A model generated the notes under the pieces. It had not been told where the DNA came from, searched no databases, and saw nothing but the letters and a program-made list of their open reading frames with translations. From positions 165,728,001 to 165,792,000 of the forward strand of contig NC_086097.1 in NCBI RefSeq assembly GCF_963921235.1: DNA of 64,000 nt, given 5' to 3'. The position numbers were made by a program, and so were the translations under genes. The stretch is from Mobula hypostoma (Eukaryota). Shown here piece by piece: positions 11,132 through 24,333 of the stretch (the first letter of the stretch is position 1; the number at the start of each line of letters is the position of its first letter).

Positions 11132-14100
11132 GTAAAATTCCAGCTCTGCAAAACCTGTTTTAGACTTAGAGAAAGCAGTTTATCTGACTATAAGTGTTAA
11201 GAAGTATTTGTGTAGTAGCTGATCGCTTGCCTCCATGAGAAAGGAACTTTCCAACATCACAGGTCTATGTTGTTATGAAACAACATTTTCAGTTAAGCTT
11301 TTAGTTTTGTTCACTTTATAACAGATTTTTTTTTTGCACTGCCCCTTCTCCAGCTTTAACTAGTGTTCAGCTGGATAACAGATTGAAAGATGTCTGTGGC
11401 TTGCCACAGAGCCTTGAGCTGAAATCAGCAAAATCTCGTTGCCTTATAGACCATATAAAAATATGATATTTGATAGTTACCAAGAAGAGTAGGCAGGAGG
11501 TGAAATTGGTGGTGTTACTTCTTGTAGCTGAATAGTTTGATAATGGTTTTGGTTTATTATTGTCACATGTACCAAGACACAGTGAAAATTTTGTCTTGCA
11601 TACTGCTTATACAGATCAAACCATTACACGGTGCATTAAGGTAAAACAATAACAATGCAGAATAAAGTGTAAAAGCTACAGATAGCATGCAAGGTCAGTA
11701 AATGATAAGTGTAAGCTCATAATGAGGTAGATTGCGAGGTCAAGAACCCATCTTGTTGTACAAGAGACACATTCAAGAGTGTGATAAGAGTGCAATAGAA
11801 GCTGTCCTTGAGCCTGGTGGGAGAGGGGAGAAGAGAGAATGTCCAGAGTGCGTGGGGTCTTTAATTATGCTACCTGCTTTACTTTAGCAAAAAGCATAGA
11901 CAAAGCCCATGGAAGGGAGGCTGGGGTAAAGTTAATACTCAGCACCTTTGCTTGGATAAGGAGATAGCATTCTGAATTGGGTCTCTAACACAGTCCTGTG
12001 CAGTTATAACCCACTTTTATAACTAAGTGGCTTGGCAAGATATAAGTTGAGATACTTCCACTAGTGGAGATGTGCGAACGAAGGGGCATAACTACAAAGC
12101 GAGTTTCTGGTCATTTAAGACTGAGAAGTGTAGATATCTTCTCTGAGGATGGTGAATCTCTGGAATTCTCTGCCCCTGAAAGTGGTGGAGACCAGATCAT
12201 TAGATATATATTAAGGCAGAGGTTGATAAATATTTGGAAGATTAAGGAATTGAGGGTTATTGGAAACTGGCACAGAAGATGAGTTGAAGCCAGCGTAGAT
12301 CAGCCATGATCATAATGAGTGACAGGGTAGACTTAAGAAACCTGGCGGCCACCTCCTGGTCCTGCTTCATTTTGTTGTGTTTGGATCATCATCTTCATTT
12401 GGAGTTATGAAAACTGAAAGTGGGAATGTTTGTCAGTAAAATAGTCAGTTTATTTTGAGAAATTGGTGGTGAATCTTGAAAGAAATATTGTGCAGAAGAC
12501 ACGAGGTTCTGCAAAAAGTGTAATCTGGAAAAACACACAAAATGCGGGAGGAACTCAGCAGGTCAGGCAGCATCTATGGAGAGAAATAAACAGTTGACAT
12601 TTTGGGTCAAGACTCTTCAGCAGAAATGGAAAGGAAGGGGACAGCAGTCAGAATAAGGTAAGAGTGGGGGAGAAGTACAACTATCAGGTGATTGTTGAGA
12701 GCAGGCAAGGGACAATGTGAGTGGGGCAGGGGTAAGATCGGCAAAGCTGGCAGGTGATTGGTGGAAGAGTTTACAGCTTGTATCTGACATTAAAGAACTG
12801 TTCTCCTCTGCAATAATAAAATGGACAATAGTAATACATCACTCATTTGTTCTTGAGAGCACTAACAGAAGAAAAAATTCTGAAGCACAGACCAGTATTT
12901 AAGTCACAGCTGTGTCAATGATGTAAGAATGGTTGTATTTCTGACTTTCTTATAGCTTTGCTAAATCTGAGCAGGGTCTGACTTCACCCTTCCCACCTCT
13001 GTCAAATTCTCATGCACAATCAGTCTGATTGGTAGGCAGAAGATCCATGGGGAAGCCAAGGTCTCAGATAACCTGGTGGAACAGGGTGGCTGAGTGTTAA
13101 TGTAAGAGAAATTTTCGGAGCCTGCCTTTGAACGGTGCCTTCCTATCGACTTGAACAAGGACACTCTGGCTCCTCTGAACATCAACTGCTTTGAATTTCT
13201 TACAGCTTGATGTACACTCAGCTTTTGTTTAACCAAAGTGGAACTCAGATGTTCTACCTTGCCCATTCCTTGCTAATTCTCTTGTCTGCCCATATCCCCA
13301 TGAAGCCTCGCTGCATTCTTCTCACATTGCCACCCGCCTAGCATCATTAGCAAACTATCACACATTATCCCCTTACAGGAACCTTTAATATAGATTATCA
13401 ACAGTCAGCTCCTAATACCTGTCCATCTGGCATTCCATTTGTAACAGGCTCCCAGTCCACCAATAAAATTATTCATTTCCACCTTATTTTCCATCAGTAG
13501 CTTGTTAGGAATTGCTCACAGTTCTAGACAATAGTTAGATGTTCCTTTTACATATATGATTTGCCCCAATTAGTAAATGATGAACATTCTTGAAATGATC
13601 ACGCTGTTGAGTACAAGGTAACTGCGTAATTTGAATAACCCAGTTTCCTGGCTTACTACTGAACAGACAGACTTTCCTTTGGTCTGTGAAATTCTTCTAT
13701 TACCTTGTTAAAATTATTATGTATATTTCATATGGTTAATTACCTCTTTCCAACTATGCTTGACATATTCAAGAGTAAATGATTCATAATTGAACTGATA
13801 TCTATACCTAAGTTGTTGCAGAGTAATTAACTTTAAGGTAAATGGGAAAGAAAATGGTCTGATATCCCAACAAGGAAATAAGTGACTTGAGAAACACACT
13901 GATTATGTGATTAATATCTGTCTTTTCTGGCTGTTATGATGAGTAAAGGCAAAGAGCTCAGTTAACGGTGGTATGGAACTATCATACAGTACAGTAACAA
14001 TTCCTTTGGCCCAATACTTTATTCACTACCTAATTTAATCTTAATTTTGTCTTTTTCATTTCCATTAGCCCCAGCTTACCATCCATACGGGCCACCTTGT

Positions 14101-14449
14101 GTTCCTGTTCCTCAAGTATACTAGGGGAAGTTTATCTACCACCCATCATGTTTTCATAAGGTTTTCACATGAGAAACTTTATGAAGGTAGCACCAGAAGC
14201 TTTCAGCATCTCTGAAGCTTTCAGGTATCAATGCTAAATGCTTTGCTCCTGTAAGCTCTACCATATCTGCTAATCTTTACAGATATAAGTTGTTAATAAG
14301 GATATTCCTTAAAATCTCCAGGAACAGATCAACACAAGATGAGAAAATCTCAGTGATGGAACAAATCTTTGAAATAACTAGATAGAGAGTTTGTGAACTT
14401 AGTCTTTTTTTTTAAAAAAAGGATTGAAGAACAGATCACTTCTTTAGTC

Positions 14450-15130
14450 AAGTGAAGTTTATCATTATTTAACTATATACATTGTATATAATGTATATAG
14501 AAACGAGACAGCATTTCTCTGAACCAGGGTGTAAAGCACAGTAGTACACATAACGCACAATAAATTATGAAGGTAAGGATAAAATCTACAGGTGAATCAC
14601 ACATAAATAACGAACTAAAGTGCACTAATAAGGTACAGGACAGATTAACCAGTGACACTTTGAATATGATGCAGCAGGGAGTTCAGAAGCCTAATGGCCT
14701 GGTGGGCGAGGGGGAGCTGTTTCTCATCCTGACCGTTCTTGTTTGATTGTAGAAAGTCAAAGAGGAGGCAGGCAGGATTGGTGGGATCCTTAATAACACT
14801 AAGGGCCCTGTGTATGTAGCACTCCTGATAAATGTTCCCGATGTATGATAGGGAGAACCCTATGATCCTCTCAACTGTTCTCACTGTCCTTTGTAGGGAC
14901 TTCTAGTCTGAAGCTGGACTGCTCCCACACCAGATGGAGATGTAACTTGCCGGGACACTTTCAATGGTGCTCCTGTAAAACACAGTTAAGATTGAGGGGT
15001 GGGGGTGGACCCTTGTTTACCTCAATCTTCTTGGGAAGTGGAGGCACTACTTGCCTTCTTGTTCAAGGAGGTGATATTAAGGGACCAGGTGAGGTCATCT
15101 GTGATGTGAACTCTCCGGAACTTGGTGCTC
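14450..15130 (-). mobile_element. Rex1/Babar-type LINE 3' fragment
   Basis: Minus-strand peptide RTVERIIGFSL…RALSVIKDPTNP…QAIRLLNS. Confidence 0.7.
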
Positions 15131-16819
15131 CTTCAGAAGTTTCCGAACAGGTGTGAAAGGAAGGATAAAAGTCCAGAATTGATTGCAAAGCTTCAAAGAG
15201 AGAGATTCTGAACAGTGCCCCTTTGCTCCTTTGTGATGTAAGGTGTATATAAAGTAAAATATTGTAAACTCAAACTGGAGTTGCTTCAGAGCAACACCAA
15301 TAAGAAAGGCTAAATGGAAGGTTAAAATGTTAAAACTTCTGAAGAGCCAAACTGGGTATAAATCTTCAATGTAGCAACTGACAAAGAATGTTTTCACAGC
15401 TGCAGGAAGCATCATATATTTCAGAGTTAATGGAAAGAGACCATGGTTTGGATTTTGAGATAACGTTGGATCTATCTGTTCAGTCTCGAGGGAAAATGTT
15501 TGTTTAGCATATTTCAGAGTGCAATTTGGTGTAATTTTAAAGAAAGAACATAGCTTTCTGCTGTTGAGACCTAGGTATCAAATTGGGGTCACTGAGACAG
15601 ATGCTCCAGCCTGCAGCTAACAGGACAGGAAAAAGTTACAGAAGAACTCAGCAAGTCAGGTAACATCTATGGAGGGGAATAAACATGTGACCTTTTAAGC
15701 CAAGACCCTTCATCAGGACAAAAAGGTACATTATGGTTAGGTTTGCCATTATGATACATTATGATTAGGTTTGGCTGAATACATTCACACAACAACACCT
15801 TGACAAACATCACTGGTAGACTGTTTAGTGTGATGCTTCTTTAATTCTTGGAGCAAAAACTCAGATGTTGGAAATCTAATTCAAAAACAAAATTAGTTAC
15901 AGAGAGCCCAGCTTCATCAATGGGGAGTGAAATAGACTAGGAGTTTCAGGTGAATGGCCCTTCAGCAGAATTGGAAAATTTAAGGGGAAAATAAAGGTTA
16001 ATTTTAAGTTTCAGGTTGAGAGAAGAGTGTAATCAAAGTTAAAATTACTTTAAAAACTAGCATTTGGAGATCAGGAGGGAGAGAAGTGAATTGAAACAAA
16101 TAGTGCCACAACATTGGTTGGTCAGAAGGTAAAAATGAAACAGGAGATTGGCAGAAATTGATACATTCAATATTAAAGTCTCAAAGACTGCGACGGTGAT
16201 GACCCAATTTTCTGGCATACCACTGAACACAGACAGAGTTCACTTGTCTGTGAACTTCTGTTACTTTGTTAAATTATTATGCATATTACTTGTGGTTAAT
16301 TATATTTCTTTGTAACAACTCTTTGTAACCATTCTTTGTAATTCACTGTTGGAAAGCCCCTTGAATTTTTGCTGGGTATCATTGGAACAATGCAGAGGTC
16401 AGAACGGTTTAATGTGACAGATGAAGATCAAGGTCATTCATGCCGACTGAAAACTTGTTAGAGACAAACTCATTACAATATTAGATCCTGGCCTGTGCTT
16501 TCTGCACCACCCTTCAATCTCCATTTGCTCATCACTAAACCCCATTCAGTGCTAGTTTCTCAAATGTTCCATAGTGTCGTTAATACAATGTGCCAGGGTG
16601 AGCTGTTGTGAGGCCCCAGGTTTGTTCATTCTATTTGCTTCACTTACAGCGATTGCAGGAGAAAAGGAAAAATAATGTTATGGGTCTGCAGGTTGTTCAA
16701 ATATGCACCAATGCAGAGCATACATTGCCGAACATACATTGGTGAAGGACAAGCAGCAGGGGAGGGAAACCCATTGGTATAATTCAGGAGATAATTAAAA
16801 CCCATCTCTGGGACGCACA

Positions 16820-17350
16820 GGGTTCTGCAGATGCTGCAAATCTTGAACATTGCACACAAAGTACTGGAGGAACTCAGCCAGTCATGCAGTATCTATGGAG
16901 AAGAATAAACAGTCATTGTTTCAGGCTGAGGCTCTGGGCTGGTGAGGAAGGAGGTAGAAGCAGGAATAAGAAGGTGAGGAGAGGGAGAGGAGTACGAACT
17001 GACAGGTAATAGGTGAGATCAGGTGAGGTGGAAGGTGGGTGGGGGAGGGAGGAGTGATGTGAGAAGCTGGGTGGAGAGGTAATGGACTGAAGAAGGATAA
17101 ATATGAAAGCAGATGACAGTGGACCGTGGAATAAAGGGAAGGAGGTGGAGATCTAGAAGGAGGTCATGCAGGGATAGGAGAGAGGGAGTGAGACAGGTAC
17201 CAGAATGGGAGAACACAAAAAAGGTTGAGGGGAGTGGGAAATGGGGGAGTGGTTACTGGACATCAGAGAAATTGAGGTTCATGCCATCAGATTGGAAACC
17301 GCCCAGATAAAATAGAAGGCATTTGGCCCTGTTGTGGCGATAGAGCTGAC
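16820..17350 (-). mobile_element. Penelope-like element 3' fragment
   Basis: Reverse complement reads …gatggcatgaacctcaatttctct (GIY-YIG C-terminus, GMN..FS), then a pyrimidine-rich UTR and the gatgc…ctgagttcctccag…tgtgtg end. Confidence 0.7.
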
Positions 17351-17584
17351 TGTGGATGGACACGTCAGTACCTCGGAGTGGTGTAAGATAAGTTAGAGGG
17401 GAAAGTTGCTAAAGGTTGCAGCTGATGCATTTATAGGGTGTGGTGTCTGTATTAAAGTTACTATAACATAGATGGCGAAAGATCCCATTTTGGGGAGTGA
17501 TTGATACCTCTTGCAGAGAGAAGGCAAAGACTGGATGTCAAATTGCCTCTTTCTACAGTGCTGTGTCTGGTTCCAAGTGATAGA

Positions 17585-17640
17585 GAATTGTCTTGATGTG
17601 CTGTGAAATGAGGAATTGTCTTGATGTGCTGTGAAATGAG
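17585..17640. repeat. Perfect 28-bp tandem duplication GAATTGTCTTGATGTGCTGTGAAATGAG x2
   Basis: Seen directly in the sequence. Confidence 0.95.
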
Positions 17641-17734
17641 GATGAAACAATGAGAGAAAAGAAAGAGAGGGTTATGGCTTGAAAGTGTTCCCAAATCCAT
17701 ATTTTCCTGTAAACAGCAGGAGAATATGGAATTT

Positions 17735-17992
17735 CTTCTTTTTAAGCCCATCATCTGTACTGGAGCATAGACCACGGACAGCAGCTCACCAGAGTCCTCT
17801 CTCCTGGGCTAGTCTTTTGAGTTTTTCTAGTTGTAGCCCAAGTTTTTGGTGCATCATTCCTCTCTCAGGGATGAAGTCTGTGGAGCTTTTGTTGCCGGTT
17901 CTGTAACACTGAGTTTTTACGGGATGGGGTTGCTAGCTCCATGCCCAGCTCTCCTTTTGCAGCCAGGCTTAGGACTGTTTAATGGCAGAATT
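17735..17992 (-). mobile_element. Short RTE-tailed retroposon (SINE-like) with a twister-ribozyme-derived 5' end
   Basis: TSD ATGGAATTT at 17726-17734 and 17995-18003; RTE-like 3' end with a GAA-repeat tail; twister-like 5' sequence. Confidence 0.75.
17941..17992 (-). ncRNA. Degenerate twister ribozyme, 3' cleavage product only
   Basis: Minus strand AA-TTCT-GCC-ATTAAA-CAG-TCCTAAGC-CTG-GCTGCAAA-AGGA-GAG. P2 (TTCT/AGGA) and P4 (CAG/CTG) pair; loop TCCYAAGC and GCC match the recalled twister core; the GAGGG segment is damaged. Confidence 0.65.
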
Positions 17993-19240
17993 GAATGGAA
18001 TTTAGTAGAGCTTAAAAGAAGTCAAGAAGAAAGGCAGAAAAAAGAAACAAATTATTTTCAGATAATGCCTGATGAAATCTAGTTTTCAGCATCCTGAGCA
18101 TAGTGTTTGCTGGACCAAGGTAACGTGTGTCCCAAGATCTCGAGCAGCAATCTTTCGATGCGGAATGTTTTCTATTTCTGACTGCACTTGGGGTCAGAAA
18201 GAACAAAACGGTCACATGCAACATTCCTGATTTAGAGATGGTCCAGATGTTCAGCTCCAGGCAGAGAAAATAAATCTTTTATCTTTTCCAGCCACAGGGC
18301 CACCCTGTTGTGAAGAGGGTGTCTGTCATAGTTCAGCAATCTGTCTGCTCCTGTTCTGGTGCCTGTTATGGTGAGAAATTTCAATTTGGAGGATGGAAGC
18401 TCAATTGATGATTTACCAGTTTACATGACAACCTCTGGTTAACCAGTTGTAAGAGTATTGCATATCAAGGTCTTCCCTTAGGAGCCACAGAGTAAACCAG
18501 TTTTAGCCTATTGAGCTTGTTAACTATTATGTATTATATTAATCCCGTTTATCAGCACTTGGCAATTCAAGTGCTCGTGTGGATGCCTCTTAAACCTTTT
18601 CGAGTACCTGGTTCCCCTGCCTAACCACTGAGCATCTTCCAGATTACAACCATTCTCTGGGTTAAAAAAAAACAGCAACGAAAGGTTACTCCTTGAAATT
18701 CGAAAATTTGAAAGGAAATAGTGGCTTGCTTACAGTGATCTGAAGGGTAAAAGATTGCAGAGGAAACTTTGTGGAATGCAGTGGTAGAATAGATGTTATG
18801 TAACTGGACTCATTCTAAAGAAGCCCGGACTAATGATGGTTATAAAGCAGTTGGTGCTGTGAAATGCATTGGTGCTATGCAGCAGTGAGTTATCACAGAC
18901 CACAATTAGGTGAAGAAGGTAAAGAGTGACCATGAAAGTGGAGGGGGAAAATGTTTGGAGAAAAATCAGTACCACATCTCACTGGAAATTACTATAGTGT
19001 ACAGCATATAAATAAACAAATGGACAAGGAAATCTGGAAAAAAGTTCCAAACTGGGCAGGAAATAGACTTCAGCAGAGATGGTTTTCAGGAGTTCTATGT
19101 GCATACATCACAATTTACATCATTAGAACCTGCCATTTCAGCTCAATATGTCATATTTTTAAATTTCTAAACCAAACTACTGAATTGTGAGGGTGCAACC
19201 TTTAACTTCATGCTCCATCAAGTTACATATTTTCTCTCAG

Positions 19241-19347
19241 GAATCATTCTACACTTTGAAGAAATGGGTAAAGGAACTGAAGGAACATGGGCCTGAGGAC
19301 ATTGTGGTTGCGATTGCTGGAAACAAGTGTGACCTAGCTGACATGAG
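19241..19347 (+). CDS. RAB31: RAB31 internal coding exon (107 nt, phase 0/2): ESFYTLKKWVKELKEHGPEDIVVAIAGNKCDLADM(R)
   Basis: Acceptor ttttctctcag and donor AG|gttggt. Contains the G4 motif NKCD and is in frame with the previous exon. Confidence 0.96.
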
Positions 19348-19793
19348 GTTGGTATCTGTACTGCAAAATCGAGGTTGCTTTAAATGAGAATATAATTATT
19401 TTTGTCCTTTGGTATCATAGTATTGTGTCTGTGTAAAATACTGATGTTACTTTGGTTTGTTCTTTGCTATTCTGCCAATATGCAGTATTAATTGTTTTGC
19501 AAATTCTAGTGGATTGTTCATGTGATAAATGAAGTGATGCCCAGTTATCTTCACTGTAACAGGCCACCATTCAGTGCAAGGTAGGTACAACATCGTGTGG
19601 TCACAGTTAGAAAGAAAAATCACTCCTTATGTGTGAATGAGTAATAGCCGGTATCAGAAAATTTTTATTTCACAGTGTGTGGTTGCTAATTAGGCGAATT
19701 ACTTGTTCTTCAACCTCAGAGCTCAAGATGTTGTTATTTATAATCTCTCCCTTGCTAATCAGTGTGACTAATGATCTTCCCTTACTCTTCCAG

Positions 19794-19903
19794 AGAGGTC
19801 ACAGTGAAGGACGCCTTAGAATATGTTAAGTTCATAAACGCGATTTTTGTTGAAACAAGTGCAAAGAATGCCATTAATGTTGCTGAGCTGTTTGAAAGAA
19901 TCA
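19794..19903 (+). CDS. RAB31: RAB31 internal coding exon (110 nt, phase 2/1): (R)EVTVKDALEYVKFINAIFVETSAKNAINVAELFERI(S)
   Basis: Acceptor cttactcttccag and donor A|gtaagt. Contains the G5 motif ETSAK; phase is compatible with the previous exon. Confidence 0.95.
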
Positions 19904-20297
19904 GTAAGTTATTTCTTTATTTACAATTAAGTCATTGGTTAAGAAAATTATCATGTGGGCTGCAGTCCTGCCACTAATGCCTTATATAAAGAAAATGTGC
20001 AAGAGCAACAGCCAGAGTTAAAGTGATTATTTCTGCTCAGTCATAGGTGCCTGTCATGGCCGCGTTTATTGGCTTTCCACTGACTGCCACATTGGACACC
20101 AGTTAAGAGTCATAAACATGAGATTCTGCAAGTACCAGAAATCTTGAGCAACTTGCACAAAATGCTGTAGGAGTTCATTAGGATGAAGTGGCTTGGCCTG
20201 AGATATTGACTATTTATTCCTCTCCTTGGATGCTGCCTGACTTAGAGTTCCTCCAGCATTTTGTGTGTGTTGCTCAAAACAGCTACTTCCCTTCAAT

Positions 20298-20433
20298 GCA
20301 GCAGGCCAGGCTGCATCTCTAGGAAGAGGTACAGTCGATGTTTCGGGCCGAGACCCTTCGTCAGGACTAACGAAGGGTCTCAGCCCGAAACGTCGACTGT
20401 ACCTCTTCTTAGAGATGCTGCCTGGCCTGCTGT
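20298..20433. repeat. Fold-back inverted repeat (63-bp arms, 10-nt spacer) made of two Penelope-type ends
   Basis: 20298-20360 is the near-perfect reverse complement of 20371-20433. Confidence 0.9.
20331..20370 (-). ncRNA. Minimal type I hammerhead ribozyme motif (Penelope-associated)
   Basis: Minus strand AGTC-CTGACGA-AGGGTCTCGGCCC-GAAA-C-ATC-GACT: core CUGANGA and GAAA, stem II GGG/CCC, stem I AGTC/GACT. The opposite arm keeps the GAAACGTC palindrome. Confidence 0.7.
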
Positions 20434-23400
20434 GTTCACCAGCAACTTTTATGTGTGTTGCTTGAAATACCAGCATCTGCAGATTTCCTTGTGTTTGTGT
20501 TTTTAACTTCCCTTCAACCATTTGGTTCTTAAACCATTTGGTTTTTATGTATTTATTTAATTTCATTTATGTTTACCATCTGCATAATAGAATTGGAACT
20601 TTCCTCACCAGATCAACAGTGCAAAAATGCAGACTGTGTGCCACGACACCTTGCATGGTAATTCGTGAAGTAGTAACTAGACAATGTCATGGCTGAATTC
20701 TGAAAGATTCAACAGCAGAGGACTCTGAAAATTGAGGACGTCCTCCAATAGCTTGTGATCTTGCCATCCTGCTAAGTAGGACAAACAATGCAGATATCCA
20801 AAGGCACGAGATTCTGCAGATGATGGAAATCTTGAGCAACACACATAAAAATGCTGGAGGAACTTGCAGGTCAGGCAGAAGACAAACTGCGTTTTCGCTG
20901 AGATCTTTCATCAAGAGTTGTACATCGGTCCTAATAAAGGATCTCGGCTATTTACTGTATTTCCCTCTATCAATGCTGTTTGACCTTCTGAGTTCCTCTA
21001 TATTTTTTATCTATTGCTTAGAAATCCAAAACTGGGCACAGTTAAGGTGAATTGTGGAGTAGCAGTAGCAGATTTATGTATCAGTACCTTTGAGTTAATG
21101 GTGTGGAATCTTCCAAAACAGAACAGGATGTGAAATTAAACCTCATTCTAGCTTAGCTTGGCCACCAGGCCTGCAATGAAGAGCTAATTCAGTGAAGCCT
21201 CTGCAACTTTTTAATGCCAACTTATTCCACAATGAGCGGATCAGAGCATAATTCTGCAATCTTCTGTCTGTACACTATATCCAGACACCTACCTAGACAG
21301 GCTCTTTCAGACTGACCATTTTACAGCTATGGAGTGATATGGAGTACTTCCCAGGTATGTCCTCTTCACATGAAGTGGATATTTTCATAACTGTCTAAGT
21401 GCAGCCCTCTCAATTAATGGGAAGGCGATAGGGTGGAGGGGGGGGAGAATAGCAGAATGCGGCGTAGAGTGTTAAAGTTATAGAGAAAGTGCAGTGCAGG
21501 TAAAACAATGTGCAAATTTTTAGTATCACATTAACATAGGTCTCTGTGAAGCTTGGTCGTCTTGTAAGATGTTCACTTGAGTCAAGGAGTGTTGATTCAA
21601 GTGCAGTCCGGTGAAGGAAGCTCCTGATCCAGCCCAGCACTCAGTTCAGTGCGATTGGAGGTGTGCGCTTTCAGATAAGATACTACCCGGATAAGGTTCT
21701 GGGATTCACCAACCAATACCATATAGGAGTACTATTACCAGCAGGACCATGGCAGTTTCAGGTGGCCAGTCAGCAGCAACATGAAATGCACAGAGGGTTA
21801 GCGCTAGTCAATGTTGGCCAAGTTCTTTGACTAATTTACTGAATCCTTGTTAATGGAAGCAGTGGTGAACATTATGTGTTCCTCCCGAGCCCTTCCCTGG
21901 GGTGTGCGGTGAACCAAGTTTGTCGTGAGAGGGATTGCATTTGATGTTGCGCTAGCAAATAATGAAACACTTGGTGTGTGATCAGAGCTGTGATCAGGAA
22001 CCAGACTTTGTTTCTGGTTAGTTACCATGTTTATTCATTGTTATTTACATGGAAGGAAGCCCTGCAGCAACATTCATTCCATTTTCATTCTCCCCACATT
22101 CCCATCAACATACTCCAGATTCCACCAGTCGCCTACATGCTAAGGGTAAATTACAGCAGCTAATTAATCTACTAACCCACACTTGGAGATGCGGCAAGAA
22201 ACCAGAGCACCCAGAGGAAACTCTCACAAACTCCTCAGAGACAGCATCTAAAGCCAGGGTTGAATCCTGGTCACTGGTGTTCCATTAGCTGCACACTCTG
22301 CTGCCCAAATATGTAATGAACGTGAGAACATAAAAAATATGAGCAGGAGTAAGCCTGTCGTGCCTGCTCTGCCATTCAATAAGATCATGGCTGATCTGAC
22401 CATGGACTTATCTCCACCTTCCTGCCTTTTCCCCAAAACCCTTAATTCCCCTCCTATGCAAAAATCGATCCAATCTATCTTGTCTTAAATATATTTACTG
22501 AGGTAGCCTCCACATGCATTACTTTTGCATGCATGTGACTTTCTACGTCCTGAAGTCCTGTGTTTTAGGAGATAAGTTAAAGTAACAGGAAGATTGACAA
22601 TGTAGCTAGTATTGCTGGGTTCAAAGTTGGGGTCAGGTGTACATTCTGGGTGGTGCGTAGCTACCTGTTGCCTTGGATGGTGAGTGCATTCAGGTTGGTC
22701 AGTCTCCTCCTCTGTAAGGCTGCAGCAAATCACGAACAAACCCTGCTTGCTTTTCCATGCTAAAATATGTAAGCTGAGACTTGCATACATTGGGACGGGG
22801 TGAACACAGTGTGTCATTCCAGCCAGTGGTCTCTGAGGTCCCTCAGATTTTCATATTCATCAGAAGACTGTGTTCCTATTCCTTGTTGATGATGAGAACT
22901 CGGAAAATTAAAAAAAGATGTTTCCTACAAAACAGTTCTTTTTTATTTTTAATATTTTAAAAGTATTCCTATGAAGAATAGGAAGCTGAAGAAGAGTTTA
23001 TTCCTCATATGCGCCGGGAAAGTCCTAGATTCTTGTTCCTTTGAAGGTTGATCTTAAATTTTCACTTTGTGGTACAGGCTCACTGTTTGGAGAACATGAT
23101 TAGGATTAGCAGTGTGGTCACACAGGACAGTTCATCCATTATTTATATCAATTCCCAGTTTTGGTTATATTGTGTGCATATACGACATGAGGGTTGGCAG
23201 ATTAATCTGTCTCTAAATTACTCCTAATAGTTTGGGAGTGGTAGAATCAGGGGTTGTTGATTGGAATGTGGGGAGAATTAAGTGAGAACATAATGATAGG
23301 CCAAAGGGCTGGTTTTGTGACCTTTGGACTACTTGCCTGATCTGTACAGTCTTTGATTCCTGGGCTGTCCTAAAAATTCCTTACTCAGATGCAAAAATAT

Positions 23401-24333
23401 TTAATGTCTCATCTCTGTTGTAGAGATATGCGAAGATTTCCAATTCTGTGGAAAGAAATTTCTCTCTCCCTCAGCTTCATATGATTGAATATATTAAAAG
23501 GGGACAGACAATGAACACCAAGGCTGGGACTTCATCATAACTTGCCTCAGCAGTGAAGCGATGAGGTGTAGTGGCTAAATTGGCCCAAGGGAATATCATT
23601 GAGACTTCCCATTTGCTTATTTTGTCGAATATGTGAGCTGCTTATTGTTAGAATCAATATCCCTCAATTAAGCATACATTGAACTCAGGGAGCCAGAGGA
23701 TCATTTTGCAGGTTGAGGATAAGTTTTCATTATTTCTTAAGGGTTCTGCTCTGTTTTAGTGAAACAAGATCACGAGGTTTGAGTTCGGAGCACTGGTGTT
23801 AGAAAGCAGCATTTGGCTGAGAGCATCACTAAGAGCTAGAAGTGGAGGAATCCCAGAACAATAAGATACTGGAAAGAAAATGGTGAATACCTGTGAGAAA
23901 TCTTGGAACAAATTGCTATGCTTGTCATAAATTGTTTTTCCATTGGTTCTTGCATCCTGCAAAGCCTTGGCAGTGGTTGATACAAGTAGTGAGAAAATGC
24001 AGAATAATGCTCTGGGAGGAGCCTCTTGGACATTTTTTCTGCCTGAACACTAGACCGGAAACACTTGGTTCTGGTGTAATGGGAGTTAAGGATAGAAAAG
24101 TCTGATAAAATATGTAGGCTTTCCAAAAATCCCACTGAGACTGGAAATGTAGATTGAAAAGGGAAAATGCTAAAAGCACTGAGCGAGTGTAACTGAGACA
24201 ACATTTTGAAGTCCACAACCTTTATTGTGAAAGTTCTGATTCTGCCTGACCTGCTGCATATTTCCAGCATTTGTGGCTGCTGCATTGTAGCTTCTTCACT
24301 TTGTTTACTGTCGGAGAGAACTCATGGCAACAG

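Noticed and set aside
11060..19903. Assignment to RAB22A
   Set aside because: Diagnostic residues (FHSL, SFYTLKKW, LKEHGPE) match RAB31 as recalled, not RAB22A.
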